A DNA stretch of 64,000 nt from Hypanus sabinus (taxonomy: Eukaryota): the NCBI RefSeq assembly GCF_030144855.1, contig NC_082719.1:56978001-57042000 (forward strand), written 5' to 3'. Both the position numbers and the translations under genes were made by a program. Of the stretch, positions 50,235 through 64,000 are shown in pieces. The notes under the pieces were generated by a model. It was not told the DNA's origin, did no database searches, and worked only from the letters and a program-made list of their open reading frames with translations. Position 1 is the first letter of the stretch, and each line of letters begins with the position of its first letter.

Positions 50235-51115
50235 ATAGTCATTGAGTACTTCAGCACAGAAACTGGCCCTTTGACCCTTCTGGTCCATACCAAACTGTTA
50301 TACTACAGAGTCCCAACTACATGCACCTGGACCATAGCCTTCCATACTCCTCCCAAATTATTTATCTGAATTTCTCTTAAATGTTGCAATCAAACATCAT
50401 CCACAACTTCCACTGGCAGCTCGTTCCACACTTGCTCCACCCCGAGTGAAGAATTTCCTCCCCAGGTGCCCCATAAATACTTCATCTTTCACCTTTAACC
50501 TACGAACTCTAGTTTTAATCTCACTGAACCTCAGTGGAAAAAGCCTGCTGGATTTACCCTATCTATACCCCATATATACTCTATCAAGTCTCCCCTTATA
50601 TCCTACATTCCAAGGAAAAAAGCCCCTACCCATTCAATCTTCTCCTGCAACTCATGTCCTAAAGGCCTGGCAGGATCATTGTATTTGTTTCCTGTGTTCT
50701 TTCAGTCTTATTGGTACTTTCTCAGTGACCAATACGCACACAATACTCCAAATATGGCCTCAAAAACTTTGACATAATATCCCAACTCCTGTAAGTACTC
50801 TGATTTATGAAGGCCACTGTGCCAAAGGCTTTCTTTATGATGCTATCTGCCTGTGGTGCCAATTACAAAGAACTATAGATCTTTATTCCCAGATCCTTTT
50901 GTTCTACTGCATTCCTGAGTGCTCTACTGATCCCTCGGCAAGTCCAACTGGTTTGTCTTCCAAAAGCACAACACCTCACACTTGTCTGCATTAAATTGGA
51001 CCTGACAGTTTTCCAGCTGGTGTAGATCTTGCTGCAAGCTTTAATAGTCTTTCACCTGTAACCCATGGCCTATAATTCTAGTCTCACACAACATCAGTGA
51101 AAAAGTTTGCTTGAA
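50235..51115 (-). mobile_element. CR1 LINE 3' fragment, older copy
   Basis: Collinear with 49322-49835 and 7060-7700. Confidence 0.75.
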
Positions 51116-51319
51116 TTTCACGAGGTTCACACAATTATCATGGGCCATAGGGCTTGTACTTCACTGTAGTGTGCAATGTTTTTCCTTGCTGTCATTATGC
51201 TCTCAATCTTGTTATTCAATACTAATTCTAAAGTGACCTTCTCATTTGTTGTTTTTGTGCTAGTACTGGGGAAGCACTGTAGGAGCTCAATGGCATACTC
51301 GGCAACCTCATAGCCACTC

Positions 51320-52740
51320 ACCCCAATGGTTGCTGGTGATTTAAATTATGCCAACTTAAAGCCAGTCCTGCCAAAGTTCTACTAGAAAGTTCACAGAAAA
51401 TCCACAGACACTTCTGTGACACACGTGGCAAGGTATACAAACCATAACAGATTACAAGTCCACCCTGTATTACAGCAACACCTCTATTTCTGATAAGCTG
51501 AATGCTTTCTATGCAGCATTGATCAATTGAATGATGTGACATTGAAGAAAGCCCCTTCTCTTCCTGAGGAACAGGATAATCTGCCTGCTGTAGCTGAGGT
51601 GAGGAAGAGCTTAGCCAAGTCAACCCACCCAAAGCTGCAGGGCTGGACAATATACCTGGTCAGGTGCTGAGGGACTGTGCAATCTAGCCAACCGAGGTCT
51701 TATTCAAAATCTTGAATATCCCCCGAAACAGTCCACTGACCCTGTAGGCTTCAAGCCAGCCTCCATCATTCCAGATCCCAAGAGAGCAACAGTAACTGGT
51801 ATAAGTAATCACTGCCCCATGGCACTGACTTCAACAATCATGAAGAGCTCAGAGTGGCTGTAAATGGATTGCATAAAGTTCATCGATGTTAGCTCGCTGT
51901 TTTAAAATGATCACCCCTCAGAGGCTAGTGAGTAAATTGTCCTTGTTAGGATCAACAGCCCTTTCTGTATCTGGATCTTGGACTTGCTGATGGAAAGACC
52001 CCAGTCAGTGCAAGATGGCAGCATCATCTCAAGCTCCATCACACTGAGCATCAGTGCTGCCCAGTGCTATGTGCTCAGTCCGTTGCTGATCACGCTGCTG
52101 ACTCACAACTGCTCTGCCGGATTCAACTCAAACCTCATCAACAAGTTCACTGATGATACTATAGCGATTTGCTTCATCAGCAGCAACGATGAGTCTGCAT
52201 ACAGAAAGGAGGTAGAAAGGCTTGTCAGGTGGTGCAAGAATAACCTGAAACTCAACGTGGATGAGTCAAAAGAAAAGAAATGATTGTGGCTTTTCAGGAA
52301 GGAATAAGTCAACCACTCTCCATTCAATATCAATGGTTCTGCCAATGAGAGAGTAAGGAGCACAGAAGTTCCTTAGTGTGTATATAACAGATGATCTAGC
52401 CTGGACCCACAAAACCTCCTCACCTGTCAAGAAGGCACAGCAGCATCTATACTTTCTGAGAAGATTGAGGTGTGCAAGGCTCCCCAACCCCCACTAACAT
52501 CGGGAGGAAGATACAGGAGCCTGAAGACCCATGGACAATTTAAGAACAGCTTCTCCCTGTCCATGATTCTTGAACGATCCAAGAACAATAGTTTGGTATT
52601 CCTCTTTTGCACTATTTATTTATTTTGTAATTTTCCATAATTAATAGGTCTTGCACTAACCTGCTACTAGAAAACAACTAATTTCATGACATCTTTGTGA
52701 TAATAAATATATATTATATATTTATACATATTCTGATTCC
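51320..52740 (+). mobile_element. Rex1/Babar-like LINE remnant
   Basis: VAGDLNYANL, KAAGLDNIPG, VLSPLL, NKFTDDT, WCKNNLKLNV; attctgatt tail. Confidence 0.8.
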
Positions 52741-55689
52741 TTACAGAGAATACTTACTTAGTTAATTTGTCCTTCAGCTCTCATGTGTCAGTTATACATT
52801 TCTTATTCCACTCCTCTGCTTTATCCTTTATCCTTTATCTTTGTACATAGAATATACTTATAATCTCTTTTATTGATTCATACAAAATTGGCAAGTGGAA
52901 GCTGGAAGATGTTGTATCTGTCCACACATGGCAATTATTCCACTTTTCACTTAACAAAAAAATAGAAGCATTGTGTTGAAATAACTATTTGTCAGTGTAC
53001 TTCTTGCTTTCGTTTTCATACAGTTTTAACAGCTAAAATACATAATGCATGAAACAAGTCAGGAATATTTCAAAAACGAGTGGATGAAATCAGGCAAGCT
53101 GCTTCAACAAAAGGAATGTGTTACAAATAAGAAAAACATGTTCCGTTGTCCTTCAGAGGAAATGCAATGGATTCTTAATAATGGAAAAAATAGGACACTA
53201 GTAAGATACAACTGGTATAGCAACATCTGAGAAAAGATGATAAAGTGTTTTGGGAATCTTGCACGTTCTGATAAATAAAGACTGAGTATTTTTCTCATTT
53301 AAATTGCTAAGAGATCTGCTGCAAACATTCAGTGTATCCCATTTTATTTTTGAGTCCAAAACTTAAATTAAAAACAAATTCTTGCTGCATGGGATGATTA
53401 CCATTTTGCATTGTAGGGATTGTGAAGAAAGAACTGAAGCTCTCCTGACCTGAAAACAGCCTTTCTGGTGATCAAGAACAATCCTTTTGGCACAATGGAA
53501 CTATTTACTGTCCAGGTATTCCCAGGTATACCAATTTGAATCACTGTGCTGTATATAAAAGTTAAATCAATCATATAAATAAATTAAAGATTAACTATCA
53601 TTCAAGTGTTAGTAAGGCTCTATCAGAAAAAGTTAAACTAAAGTGAGCGAGCAAAGGGATTCTGGGCCTTTAAGAATCAGAAGAATGGTCACTAAGTGAA
53701 GAGCAATGGATGAATATGAAATGGTGGAAGGGTTGATGGACATTTCTTATCTCAAATATTTCAGTTTAAAATTCTGTAATCTTTAAATGCTCATTTATTT
53801 TGCGAAGTTTTCAGTTCTAAAGAATTCATCACTTCAAGTATGACTCTATCCAATTACAGCAATTACTCTTCGTCTTGGCACTAATACACTTGATTCCTGT
53901 GAAACCCATTATTACAGCAGGGTGTTTCCAGCATTCTTTTCACCATGCAACAATTTAAGTTATAATCCCATTTCTGTTTTGGTCATTCCCAGCGTAGTCT
54001 TGCAATTTTTCCTTATTTAGATTGCAGTCATCCAATTTTAGCACCATTGATGCTAAAAGTGAATTATTACAAATTTTAGTAGTAATTCAAATAGAAAGCA
54101 GGATTACTGCTTGACGATATGAATCATTTATGTAAAATTAGCAGATGCAAAGATAACTTTGAAGACATTTATACCCTTGATATGTTTATGGTGATACAAT
54201 CAGATTTTAAAACTAAAATCTAAATTAATATTCCCTGTATTCAACTTGATTTGAAAAACGATCCTTTAATACATCTTGCAGCCGCGCAATTTGCTCAAAA
54301 CCTGAATTGAGTGAAAGAACAATATTTGGTATCCCAATGTGTAAGTATGTCACATAAAATTAGGGCCCACCTGACCAAGACCCAACCAAGAACTTTCTAG
54401 AAACTGACATCAACTTCAGGAAACTCTTTAGAAATTATTCATAACTGGCATTGCAAATTAAAACAAACAGCCAACAAGCAAGTTGATCACATACCTGCAG
54501 ATTTCTGTAAGGTATCCTACTTAAGGTTTCACCTACTTCCCGATTTAATGGTATTTCCAAACAATACTCCCCCTCCCACATCCTGCAACCTTCCTCATCA
54601 ATATTACTTGCGATATTTTCCCCTCAACCAAACTCCGAGATGACTGAACATACTCCAGTCCTTGGCTCATGAGCTATTTCTGTAATACTGGGAATCATCC
54701 ATTGTTATTTAAAGCATGAAGTGAATCTCAGCCCTTATATAATGCTTCATTTTCAGCAAATCTTGAACATTTACTGGATATGTTGGCAAATAAATGAATA
54801 AATAATTATTTTATACATTATTCAGAATGATATAATTCTGAATCAATTCATAAATTATTAAATACTCCCATTTGTTGTCCTGGATGATATGCTGCAATCA
54901 ATATTTGTGTTCTTAAACCTACGAGCGTTCGAAGGTCTTTACTTATTATTTACTGTTTAAACAATAGACATATCTGATAATTGACGTAACTGCCCAAGAA
55001 CTTGACTGATTCATTCTCATCAAAACTAGCTTATTATGCAGTTTTATACTTAAAATCTTAGAGTAACGATTCCACTAATTCTGTTGACCAAATTATTCAG
55101 TCAATGGAAAATTGATAGAACTCATCACCCCAAAACTGACTGCTATGTTATTATACTCAAAGATTATAACACCCACCACTCTTATCCCAGAAATCCTAAT
55201 ACTTTGCCCTCAGTTCTCAAGCACATATTATCTGAATCCAAGACTCTCCAGTGAAACATCTTGTCTTTTCTTCAGAACTTCAACATTACCCCATTTGAAC
55301 CCCAATGAATTCACCACTGGACCATTTACTCAACCTACATCATAGCTTCAAAAGGTGACTATCACGATATTGTTTAAGTATCAATGTGCAACCACTCTAA
55401 AGGTTAACTTAAGATAGATTAATGAATTATTTGACTATTTCCTTTACATTCTATTTGGGCTACTCAAAAAAGAATGAAGGCAAGAGCACCAAGAAATCTA
55501 TTTCCTCAGGTCCCCTTGTGATCTGCTCCTGTAACTTTGAAGGGGACGGAGATCAGAGAAATTGGGTAACTGTCCATTATACTTCAACTTGATCAAGCTC
55601 ACACAGTTCTGAGCATACATCTAAATCAGTTTCTATTCAACAGCTTCATCCACAAAGCTTACACTCTTTTTAGCTCTCAGATTATGAGA

Positions 55690-56410
55690 TGAAGAAAAGG
55701 GCAAGAGTAAGTTAAATCAGGGCAAGGCAAACACAGTGAATGACAGGGTTCTGGGGATTGTTGTTAAGCAATACCTATGGGTACAAGTACATGCAGTAGT
55801 TCTCTGAAAGTGTGAACAGAGGTTCAGTAGGTGTGAAGATGATGTATAAAACGCTTGCCATCATTGTTGGAATGTCTTGTAGCATTCTATGAGGTTCTGG
55901 TCACCACGGTATATGAAGGATATAATGAAGCCAGAAAGGGTGCAAAAAAGTTACACAAAGATACTGTTTGGACTGGTAGCCTTGAGGTAAAAGGAGAAAA
56001 CAGAGAAGCTGAGAATTTCTCTGACATGAAGGAGGCTGAGAAATAACTTTATAAATGTTTAGGATTTAGTAAGGAATAGATAGGACAGATAGACACAGTG
56101 CATTTCCCAGTAAAGGACAGTGCAGAACAGGAGGCCATTGGTTTATGTTGAGATGGTATAAGTTTAAAGAAAACCTGAAGGGTAATTGCTTTTCTTTTTG
56201 TTTACACATAGGATAGTGGGTAAATGGAACAAATTATCCAGGGAGGTGGTAAAAGATAAAATTACAATGTTTTTTAAAAAAAATAATTTGGACAGGTACA
56301 TGGACAAGGAAATTTTAGAGGGATATGCGATTAGATTAGATTAGTTTAGATTAGATAGGCATCTTGTCTGGAATGGATGACCTTGGCCAAAAGGCTGTTT
56401 TACAAGTTTA
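55690..56410 (+). mobile_element. CR1 LINE 3' remnant, highly degraded
   Basis: ttctggtcaccac, tggaac.., ttggacaggtacatgga motifs shared with 32750-33200; (attag)n expansion at ~56330-56356. Confidence 0.55.
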
Positions 56411-57099
56411 TTGATCTACTATATATTCCCTACATTTTCATGAATTGAAACATTGATTAATTTATCCTTTTTGATTCATATGTATGGACTCATACACCTT
56501 CATGTTAAAATATCTCTATGACAATTTTTACTCTCTGACTTAACCTGTCAATGTCTACCATGTAAGAAGACAACTCTGATTTATTTACCAGCAATCATTG
56601 CCTTGTATGCATACTTCAACATCCAAGCCTATTTTGCATCCTATATGCCATTAATCCATCTCAGTTTTGCCCCATTGTGAGAAAGTACTCACTTTCATCC
56701 AAACTTACAACTCTATTGTTACTCACCGCTTAATTTCTATCGTCAATAGTTTTCATTAAGTTTTGGGAGACATTGATGATTATTTCATAGCTTACTAATT
56801 TTTTTAAATTATTTCCTAACTGAGCAATGGCTTTATGCCATAAAATACAGATAATAATCAACTGAGATCCATTTATACTATACACTGGTAGTCTAAAACT
56901 TGCAGAATACTTATTGGTCCCCTGAAATAATTATGACATAACACAAGCAAAATCTTCTTAAAAGCATGTAAATGTTTGCTGTTCACCATTACATTTTTTC
57001 CTACAGAATACACCACAATGGATAGAAATTCAAGGTTTGAAAAGCAATTTCAAATTATTCCTAACTGGAAAAGTAATTTCCCAAATAGGATTAATTCAA

Positions 57100-58356
57100 T
57101 TTTCATGAGGCCATAAAACATAGGGGTGGTATTAAACATTTCAGACTATCATATCTGCTCTGCCATTTGATAATAGCTGATGTATTTTCCCTCTCAACCC
57201 CTGCCTTCTCCCCGCAACCTTTGATTTTCTTACTAATCAAGAACCTATCGAATTCTACTTTAGATATTCCCGAAGTGCACAACACAGTACATATAACTCA
57301 CACACAACATACAAGGTAATATTGGCTCAAATAAATTAGGAAACAATAAGACGTATTTCAGAAATTTGACATTTAGCATAAGGTGCATTTATGAAACAAG
57401 CCAAAAAGTAAGCAGTATAATGCTATTGGCACATCATGAGTGATGAGACCTGGTGTGACAAGGTGTTCAATCATCTAACAGCCTGGGCGAAGAAGCTGCT
57501 CCCATCCAAGCAGTCCTCGTCCTAATGTTACTTCCTGGGTGATAGTGGTGGGGGTGGTCAAAGAGATTGTGCAGAGGATGAAAGAGGTAAGGGCCCTGAA
57601 TATGTAGCACTTCTGATAAATACCTTGGATGGGTGGAAGAGAGAACCGTCACAACAGTCCTTGCAATTCTTTGTGGGGTCTTGTGGTCAAACGCCTTGCA
57701 ATTCTTGTACCATTCAAGACACTCTCAATGGTAATCCTATAAAAATTGGTTAGAATTGAGGGTGTGGGCCTCACTCACCACAATCTCCTCTGGATCCAGA
57801 AACACTGCTCTGCTTTCTATGTGACATGGAAGCAGAATTAGCCTATGAAATCTGTGCTGCCATTCCATCCTGACTGATTTATTATTCCTCTAAGTCCCTT
57901 CCTCCTTCTTTCTCCCCATATTCTTTGGTGGGCTGATTATTCAAGAACCTATCAACCTTTGCTTTAAATATACTCAATGATTTGGCCTCCTCAGTCATCT
58001 GTGGCAATGAGTTCCAGATTCATCACCCTCTGGCTGAAAGAATTCCTCCTCATCTCTGCTCTAATGGACGTCCCTCTATTCTGAGTCTGTGCCCGTTGTC
58101 CTAGACTCACCCACTATCAGAAACATCCTCTCCACATCCACTTCAATAGGCCTTTCAATATTTGATATGTTTCAATCTGATCCCCCTCATTCTTTTAGAC
58201 TGCAGAGAGACCAGCCCCAGAGCCATCAAACACTCCTCATACAATATGTTAATCATTTCATTCCCAGAATCATTCTCGTGAACCTCCTCTGGACTTTCTC
58301 CAATGCCAGCACATCTCTTCTTAGATAAGAGGGCCCAAAACTGCTCACAATACCCC
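57100..58356 (-). mobile_element. CR1 3' pieces (57100-57265, 57830-58356) flanking a Rex1-like 3' fragment
   Basis: CR1 3' UTR motifs (aagaacctatc, ctctggctgaaagaattcctcctcatctc). The middle part has SFFAQAVRL on the minus strand. Confidence 0.6.
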
Positions 58357-58475
58357 TGGAATAAATAAAGATTTATTTATTTATTTATTTAAAAAAAAAC
58401 ACACACACACACACACCACCACCCCCCCCACCCCCCCCCCCCCCCGCCCCACCTCCAGTCTCCAGTCCTTACAGA

Positions 58476-58659
58476 GTCCAGTGAGCGGCAGCTCTGTTCC
58501 TGAAAATGACTTGCTAATGAGAGAGGTCAAAGGAGAATGGCTAGACTGGTTCAAGTGACAGGAAGGCGACGGTAACTCAACCAACCACTCATTACAGAAG
58601 ACCACAAACATACTGATTACTACTACTACTGGTACCTAATAAAGTGGCCATTGAGTGTA
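58476..58659 (+). mobile_element. Tc1-like transposon remnant with right TIR
   Basis: QRRMARLVQ/RKATVTQ transposase HTH-like piece; end gtacctaataaagtggccattgagtg-TA. Confidence 0.7.
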
Positions 58660-58789
58660 TGTACTTTGATAAAACATTTATTTTAGTTTTGATTTTTTTT
58701 TAAATTTTAAATGTTATTGGACCTCCCTCAATTACATGTCCTTGTTCTTCTGCTTAAGCCCATCATCCCTACCAAGGAATAGATCACCT

Positions 58790-59140
58790 GAGACCTCTGT
58801 CCCTCTGGGGACTCGGCAGAGATTGTCGAATCCTTGTTAGCCATCTGTAAGGTACCAAATCACTGGAGAATAGCTAATATTTTGCCTTTATTTAAGAAGG
58901 CATCAGAAATAAGTGAAGGAATTACAAGCCAGTGAGCCTTACATTTATTGGTATTCTGCAAAACAAATTTTATTTGCATGTTCAAGGACTGATAAGGGGC
59001 ATTCAACGTGATTTTGTGCATGGGAAATCATGTTTCACAAATATGACTGAGACTTTTGAAGAGCTAACGAAGATGAGATCAAAGCAGTAAATATGGTCTG
59101 GATGGACTTTAGCAAGGACTTTGACCAGGTTCTGCATGGT
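58790..59140 (+). mobile_element. CR1 RT fragment
   Basis: WRIANILPLFKK, NYKPVSLT, WMDFSKDFD. Confidence 0.75.
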
Positions 59141-59142
59141 AG

Positions 59143-59860
59143 CAACACCCACAAAATGCTGGTGGAATGCTGCAGGCCAGGCAGCATCTATAGGAAGAAG
59201 TACAGTTGACGTTTCGGGCCAAGACTCTTTGTCAGGACTAACTGAAAGAAAAGACAGTAAGAGATTTGAAAGTACGAGGGTGAGGGGGAAATCCAAAATG
59301 ATAGGAGAAGACAGGAGGGGAAGGGATGAAGCTAAGAGTTGGAAAGGTGATTGGCAAAGGTGATACAGAGCTGGAGAAGGGGAAGGATCATGGGACGGGA
59401 GGCCTAGGGAGAAAGAAAGGGGGAGTGGAGCACCAGAGGGAGATGGAGAAAAAGCAAGGAGTGATTGTGAGAGAAAAAAAAGGGAGAGAAAAAAAAGGGG
59501 GGGAATAAATAAATAAGGGATGGGGTAAGAAGAGGAGGAGGGGCATTAACGGAAGTTAAAGAAATCAATGTTCATGCTATCAGGTTGGAGGCTGCCCAGA
59601 CGGAATATAAGGTGTTGTTCTGCCAGACTGAGAGAAGGTTTCGCTGAACGCCTTCGCTGTCCTCCCAGTGGCCACAAATTTTAATTCCACGTCCCCTTCC
59701 CATTCTGATATGTCTATCCATGGCCTCCCCTACTGGCAAGATGAAGCCACACTCAGATTGGAGGAACAACACCTTATATCCTGTCTGGGTAGCCTCCAAC
59801 CTGATTGCATGAAAATTGATTTCTCTAACTTCCGTTAATGCCCCTCCTCCCCTTCTTAGC
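59143..59860 (-). mobile_element. Penelope-like 3' fragment with pLTR, hammerhead motif and an inverted segment
   Basis: Homologous to 9770-10400. Minus-strand agtc-CTGACAA-agagtcttggccc-GAAA-cgtc-aactg at ~59203-59243. 59660-59858 is in the opposite orientation. Confidence 0.85.
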
Positions 59861-60229
59861 CCAGTAGAATTGTGTTAAGGATATACAGTAAAGGCTGCTG
59901 TTCATTTTCAGTGATTGATTTCTGGATAAAGAACTATTATTAAAAACTGCTCCCACCCCATTGTTGCTCAAATATACCATTTTATAAAATATTTAATGAA
60001 TTACTTTGCTTCTAAGTAAGTATACATTACAAATCCACATTTGGAGTTCTCTGTGGAGCTTTGCGAATCCTTGTGATGGTATTCTGTTTGCTTACTGTGA
60101 GGTTCTAAAGTTAAAAAAAGATCTTAAATAAAGTTAAATAAAGATCAGTTAGAGATAGCTATGTGTACCCTGAAAAAGAGAAGGTTATACTCTAGCTACC
60201 TACTCTTCAAAGACTAGTTCACTTTCCTG

Positions 60230-61005
60230 TGTTACGTCCGTAGCCCCCTCCTTTGTGAGAATTGAAAGGTCATCGTTGGGTTGGGTCAAGGGGCCCAGGA
60301 AAGGAGAATAAGACGTGCAAAATGCCTCATTTCCCCAGCGATATAAAGCTACGGGACATGGCCATTGTCTCCGGAAGACCAAGTTGTGTATTGAGTACTG
60401 TACTATTCATTGAAGCCCCTCAGGGGATGACCAGAGTGGGCTGGTTGAGGGATTGCATCATCCCAACCTGATTGACATTGGAGACCCCGTGAGGAAGTAT
60501 AAAAGAGGGTCTGGGGAACAACCCCTTCAGACGCACCAGAAGAAACGTTAAGCGACCACGTAACAGCAGGAAGTCATCTGAAGGAAGCCACATGCGTTCG
60601 ATTCTGTGGCTGGAATTGGTGGCTGGAACCATGGGAAAACAGCTTTTAGCTAACAACGGGGAAGCCTGCTCCCCTGACTCAACGGATCTGCATCTTAAAA
60701 GACCTGGGGCAAGTTTAAACCACATGACTTTTAAACCCAACAAAGCTGCAGCTTGGACGAACTGATAGTGACTGTTATCTTTCCATCGGACAATACATTA
60801 ACCCCTAGACAACGATAGAGCTATTTCTTATTGGTTATTATTATACCCGCGCTTAGATTTAGTATTGACGACGTATATTATCTGTATGTTTGCAATAATC
60901 TTATTTTTGTGCCCTTTATCAATAAAAACCTTTAAAAATAGTACTATCAGACTTCAACAGACCCCTCTATATTTGCTGGTAAGTGATCCAGTTACGGGAA
61001 TTCGT
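60230..61005 (+). mobile_element. Probable solo LTR (~775 bp), 3' end eroded
   Basis: TGTTACG start, CpG-rich relative to flanks, TATAAAA at ~60499, AATAAA at 60921, ends ...ttcgt without the terminal aaca. No TSD seen. Confidence 0.6.
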
Positions 61006-61680
61006 TTATTCTCCACAGTGAGTTTAGCTTCCACTACCCATTATATGAGTGGTGTGTCCCCATTCCCTACCAAAGGGAGTTGCTTCCAGTTAACAAAGTA
61101 GATTACAGTTCATTTATTTTCAGTGAAACATATTTAAATTTAAACAAAATTCTTAAAACACATTTAAAAACGCACAAGAGGGTTTCTCTTATAAAGATTT
61201 TCAAATTACAAACCATTTCAATGATACCAAGGATTTCCAAAACACAGATACAATTTCATTAAGCTAAAAAGACAAACCAATGAGCTGTAGACAAATGCAT
61301 CGTCTGTAGCAGAAATTGAAGGCAAAGGAATAGATTTTAGATCCCCATCTTTCTGTCATTCTTCTTGCTGTTTCGTGACAATCTCTGACAAGCTCTCCTT
61401 CATTTTTTGTTTGGCTACTTGGGTGACTTCACACACATTTCTTTCCAGATACCTTTTTAGACAGGTGGTCTAAGAGTTTACAGGGACAGAATACTCAGAA
61501 TCAACTTTGTCAAGTTGGCTCTGAGCAGATCAACTATCTGATGTGCTAAGTGAAGGAATTAATGTGATCTGCAAACTTCCTTGAATGATTTAGCCAGTAT
61601 CATCTGATCTGATACAAGCTAACCAACATAACCCCGTTGTCTTACACTGTATCTCTTAAGTAATCAGCCAAGTCTTTAGG

Positions 61681-62484
61681 TCTTTAGGAGACCTAGGCCT
61701 CATATGAAGCCAGTGATCATTAATGGAGAATGTGTGGAGCAGGTTAAGACATACAAGTATCTGGGAGTGCAGTTAGACGAGAAGCTAGACTGGACTGCCA
61801 ACACAGATGCCCTGTGCAGGAAAGCACAGAGTCGACTGTACTTCCTCAGAAGGCTGGCGTCATTCAATGTTTGTAGTGAGATGCTGAAGATGTTCTATTG
61901 GTCAGTTGTGGAGAGCGCCCTCTTCTTTGTGGTGGCGTGCTGGGGAGGCAGCATTAAGAAGAGGGACGCCTCAACATCTTAATAAGCTAGTAAGGAAGGC
62001 AGGCTCCGTCGTGGGCACAGAACTGGAGAATATGACATCGGTGGCAGAGCGGAGGGCACTGAGTAGGCTACGGTCAATCATGGAAAACCCTGAACATCCT
62101 CTGCACAGCACCATCCAGAGACAGAGAGGCAGCTTCAGCGGCAGGTTGCTGTCAATGCAATGCTCCTCAGACAGGATGAAGAGATCATTACTCCCCAATG
62201 CCATTCGGCTCTACAATTCAACCACCAGGGGCAAGACATGTTAAAGTGCCGGGGTTAGGACTGAGCTTAAGTTACCACTCATTTTACTTTAGTAAACTAT
62301 TTAAGAACTTTTTAAAAGCTATTTATTAATGCTTTTTGGGAGGGTGCTTTTAGATGCATATCATATTTATACTGAGTTAAATACTGTATGTAATTAGTTT
62401 TGCTACAATAAGTGTATTGGACACTGGAAAAATGTTGAATTTCCCCTTGGGGATGAATAAAGTATCTATCATCTATCTATCTAA
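61681..62484 (+). mobile_element. Young 5'-truncated Rex1/Babar-like LINE 3' end
   Basis: VEQVKTYKYLGVQLDEKLDW..KAQSRLYFLRRL..VVES..HPLH..SLLPNAIRLYN across one frameshift; aataaag(tatc)n tail. Confidence 0.88.
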
Positions 62485-64000
62485 GTTCTGTGGGCAAGCA
62501 TCCTGAATTCTATAGACAGTGCTGCTTGCTTGCAAAACTTCAGATTGATTGTTGCTTGCCATTTACATTAAGAACTGAAGATTGGTTCCCATTTACAACG
62601 AGGAGCTGAAGAATGAACATAGGTTGGAAGTTTAACTTGCTGATAAACAACTCTTGGATTTTTACAAGTGTCTGCTATTATGTTAGAAAGCAGAGCTTGG
62701 CAAGAGGGCTCCCTGGTCCCAGACAATGACTATCCATCACATCCTGTTATAGAAATGATAGAAAAGTAATCGCAATTACATATCATAAATTTACTTGAAT
62801 GAAAGAACTGTGAAATCATAATTAGGAAGAAACAACTGAGAAAATGGAGAAGTCAGGACCAGAAAAAAGATTTAGCAAATGGGTTTATCTTTACAAAGCC
62901 CTATTATCAGATAACCAGGAAAAGACTACTTCCCCTTGTCATTGAATTATAGAATCACACTGCACAAAAGCAGGTCCTCTTGGTCTACCTAGTCATCCTA
63001 TTACCTGTAAATATCATGTGTTGAAAATTGACATATTTCATTTATGTATTCTCTTTAACTGGAATTGAAAAGAAGATAAAATTACATAATTTGCTAATGC
63101 TGTTGTTTTGGAACAGATATACAAAAGTTGTAATGCACGATGAGAAGTTCAAGGATATGGTCAAATTAAATCACTATTCACGTATAGGTGACTTGAGTAC
63201 CAAGCTTAAAGCAATCCCCAATTATAATTTAGTTGGAAGTCTCCTGCAGAAAGTTTACAGCATGGACACTGAAAGGGCAACAAAACATCAAAAAATCCCA
63301 CCTTATTAGAAGCTGAGAATAACATCCTTTAACAGAGCAGAATAGATGGAAATTTCCTCCTCTTATGCGGACACTTGGATAGCATACTTCCACTCATGTT
63401 TTGTGAAGTCTGAAGTCCTTTGTGGGTATTGTATACTCTGCGTTAGGTGAGGCAGTACATTGAAGAGTTGTTTAGGATAAATTCATTCCTGTTCTTTGTA
63501 CTTGATCCCAGAGTAGTCCTTGAAAACTGCTGTGTTTCTGACTGTGGTATTCCTGACTAGGAATATTTTAGATGAGCAGAATTCAACACCACAGCACCTA
63601 ATATCTGATCATGATGAGCATAATGGTGATGTCTCCCAAGTGATAACAAACAACTCAAGTTTCTCACAGCTGGTTCAAGAAAGAAGCGACCAACCATCAA
63701 ATCAAGAAAAACTGAACACTGGATAAATTTTGTGGAGAATAAAGGATTATATTTGTGTAGAATTCAATTCACACATGGAGACAGATTGGAAACTGTTTGA
63801 TAGAACTTCAAATCAGCCAGACCACATAATCTGTCTGAATATGTTCAATTATTTCAATACACTTAAACAAAAACAAGTGCTGCATTTGCTAAAATACCGT
63901 ACATCTTATGGAAGCTAGGAATACTGAAATAAGATGAAAACATTGTCATCCTTTTTCTGTAAAACAGGAATAGGCAGAAGGAAAGCAGAAATATTAAAAT

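Noticed and set aside
54600-54700. Possible Deu-domain SINE remnant (atattttcccctcaaccaa)
   Set aside because: Similarity too short to support without an HMM search.
63520-63726. Polar 68-aa ORF as a terminal exon
   Set aside because: TTG start, no recognisable homology, no convincing splice context.
1-64000. Host protein-coding gene
   Set aside because: No recognisable non-TE protein. Short ORFs are TE fragments, antisense shadows or random. Small exons cannot be excluded without RNA-seq or homology search.

Overview
Eukaryotic, repeat-dense DNA with no recognisable host exon. The repeat families (HE1/V-type SINEs, CR1, Rex1/Babar-like LINEs, Penelope-like elements) point to a cartilaginous fish, probably a ray or shark; this is inference. 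Main contents: (1) a young full-length Ty3/Gypsy LTR retrotransposon (16909-24065, TSD CACT) with an intact PNMA-like Gag carrying two zinc knuckles, a GGGAAAC slippery site plus H-type pseudoknot, and a pol whose lesions all lie in PR-RT; (2) an old, degraded class I (gamma/epsilon-like) endogenous retrovirus (34364-41458, TSD GGGG, tRNA-Gln-like PBS, NC knuckle, RNase H, integrase, env ISD/CX6CC) barely visible in the ORF track; (3) a second, internally deleted Gypsy on the minus strand (24849-27999, TSD TGCCA) containing a 113-bp templated inverted duplication and a mariner-like MITE; (4) Penelope-like fragments with minimal hammerhead-ribozyme motifs, including two TSD-flanked palindromic mini-elements; (5) many LINE, SINE and DNA-transposon fragments and two solo LTRs. 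Family assignments come from motif recognition by eye, not database searches, and the boundaries of degraded elements are approximate.
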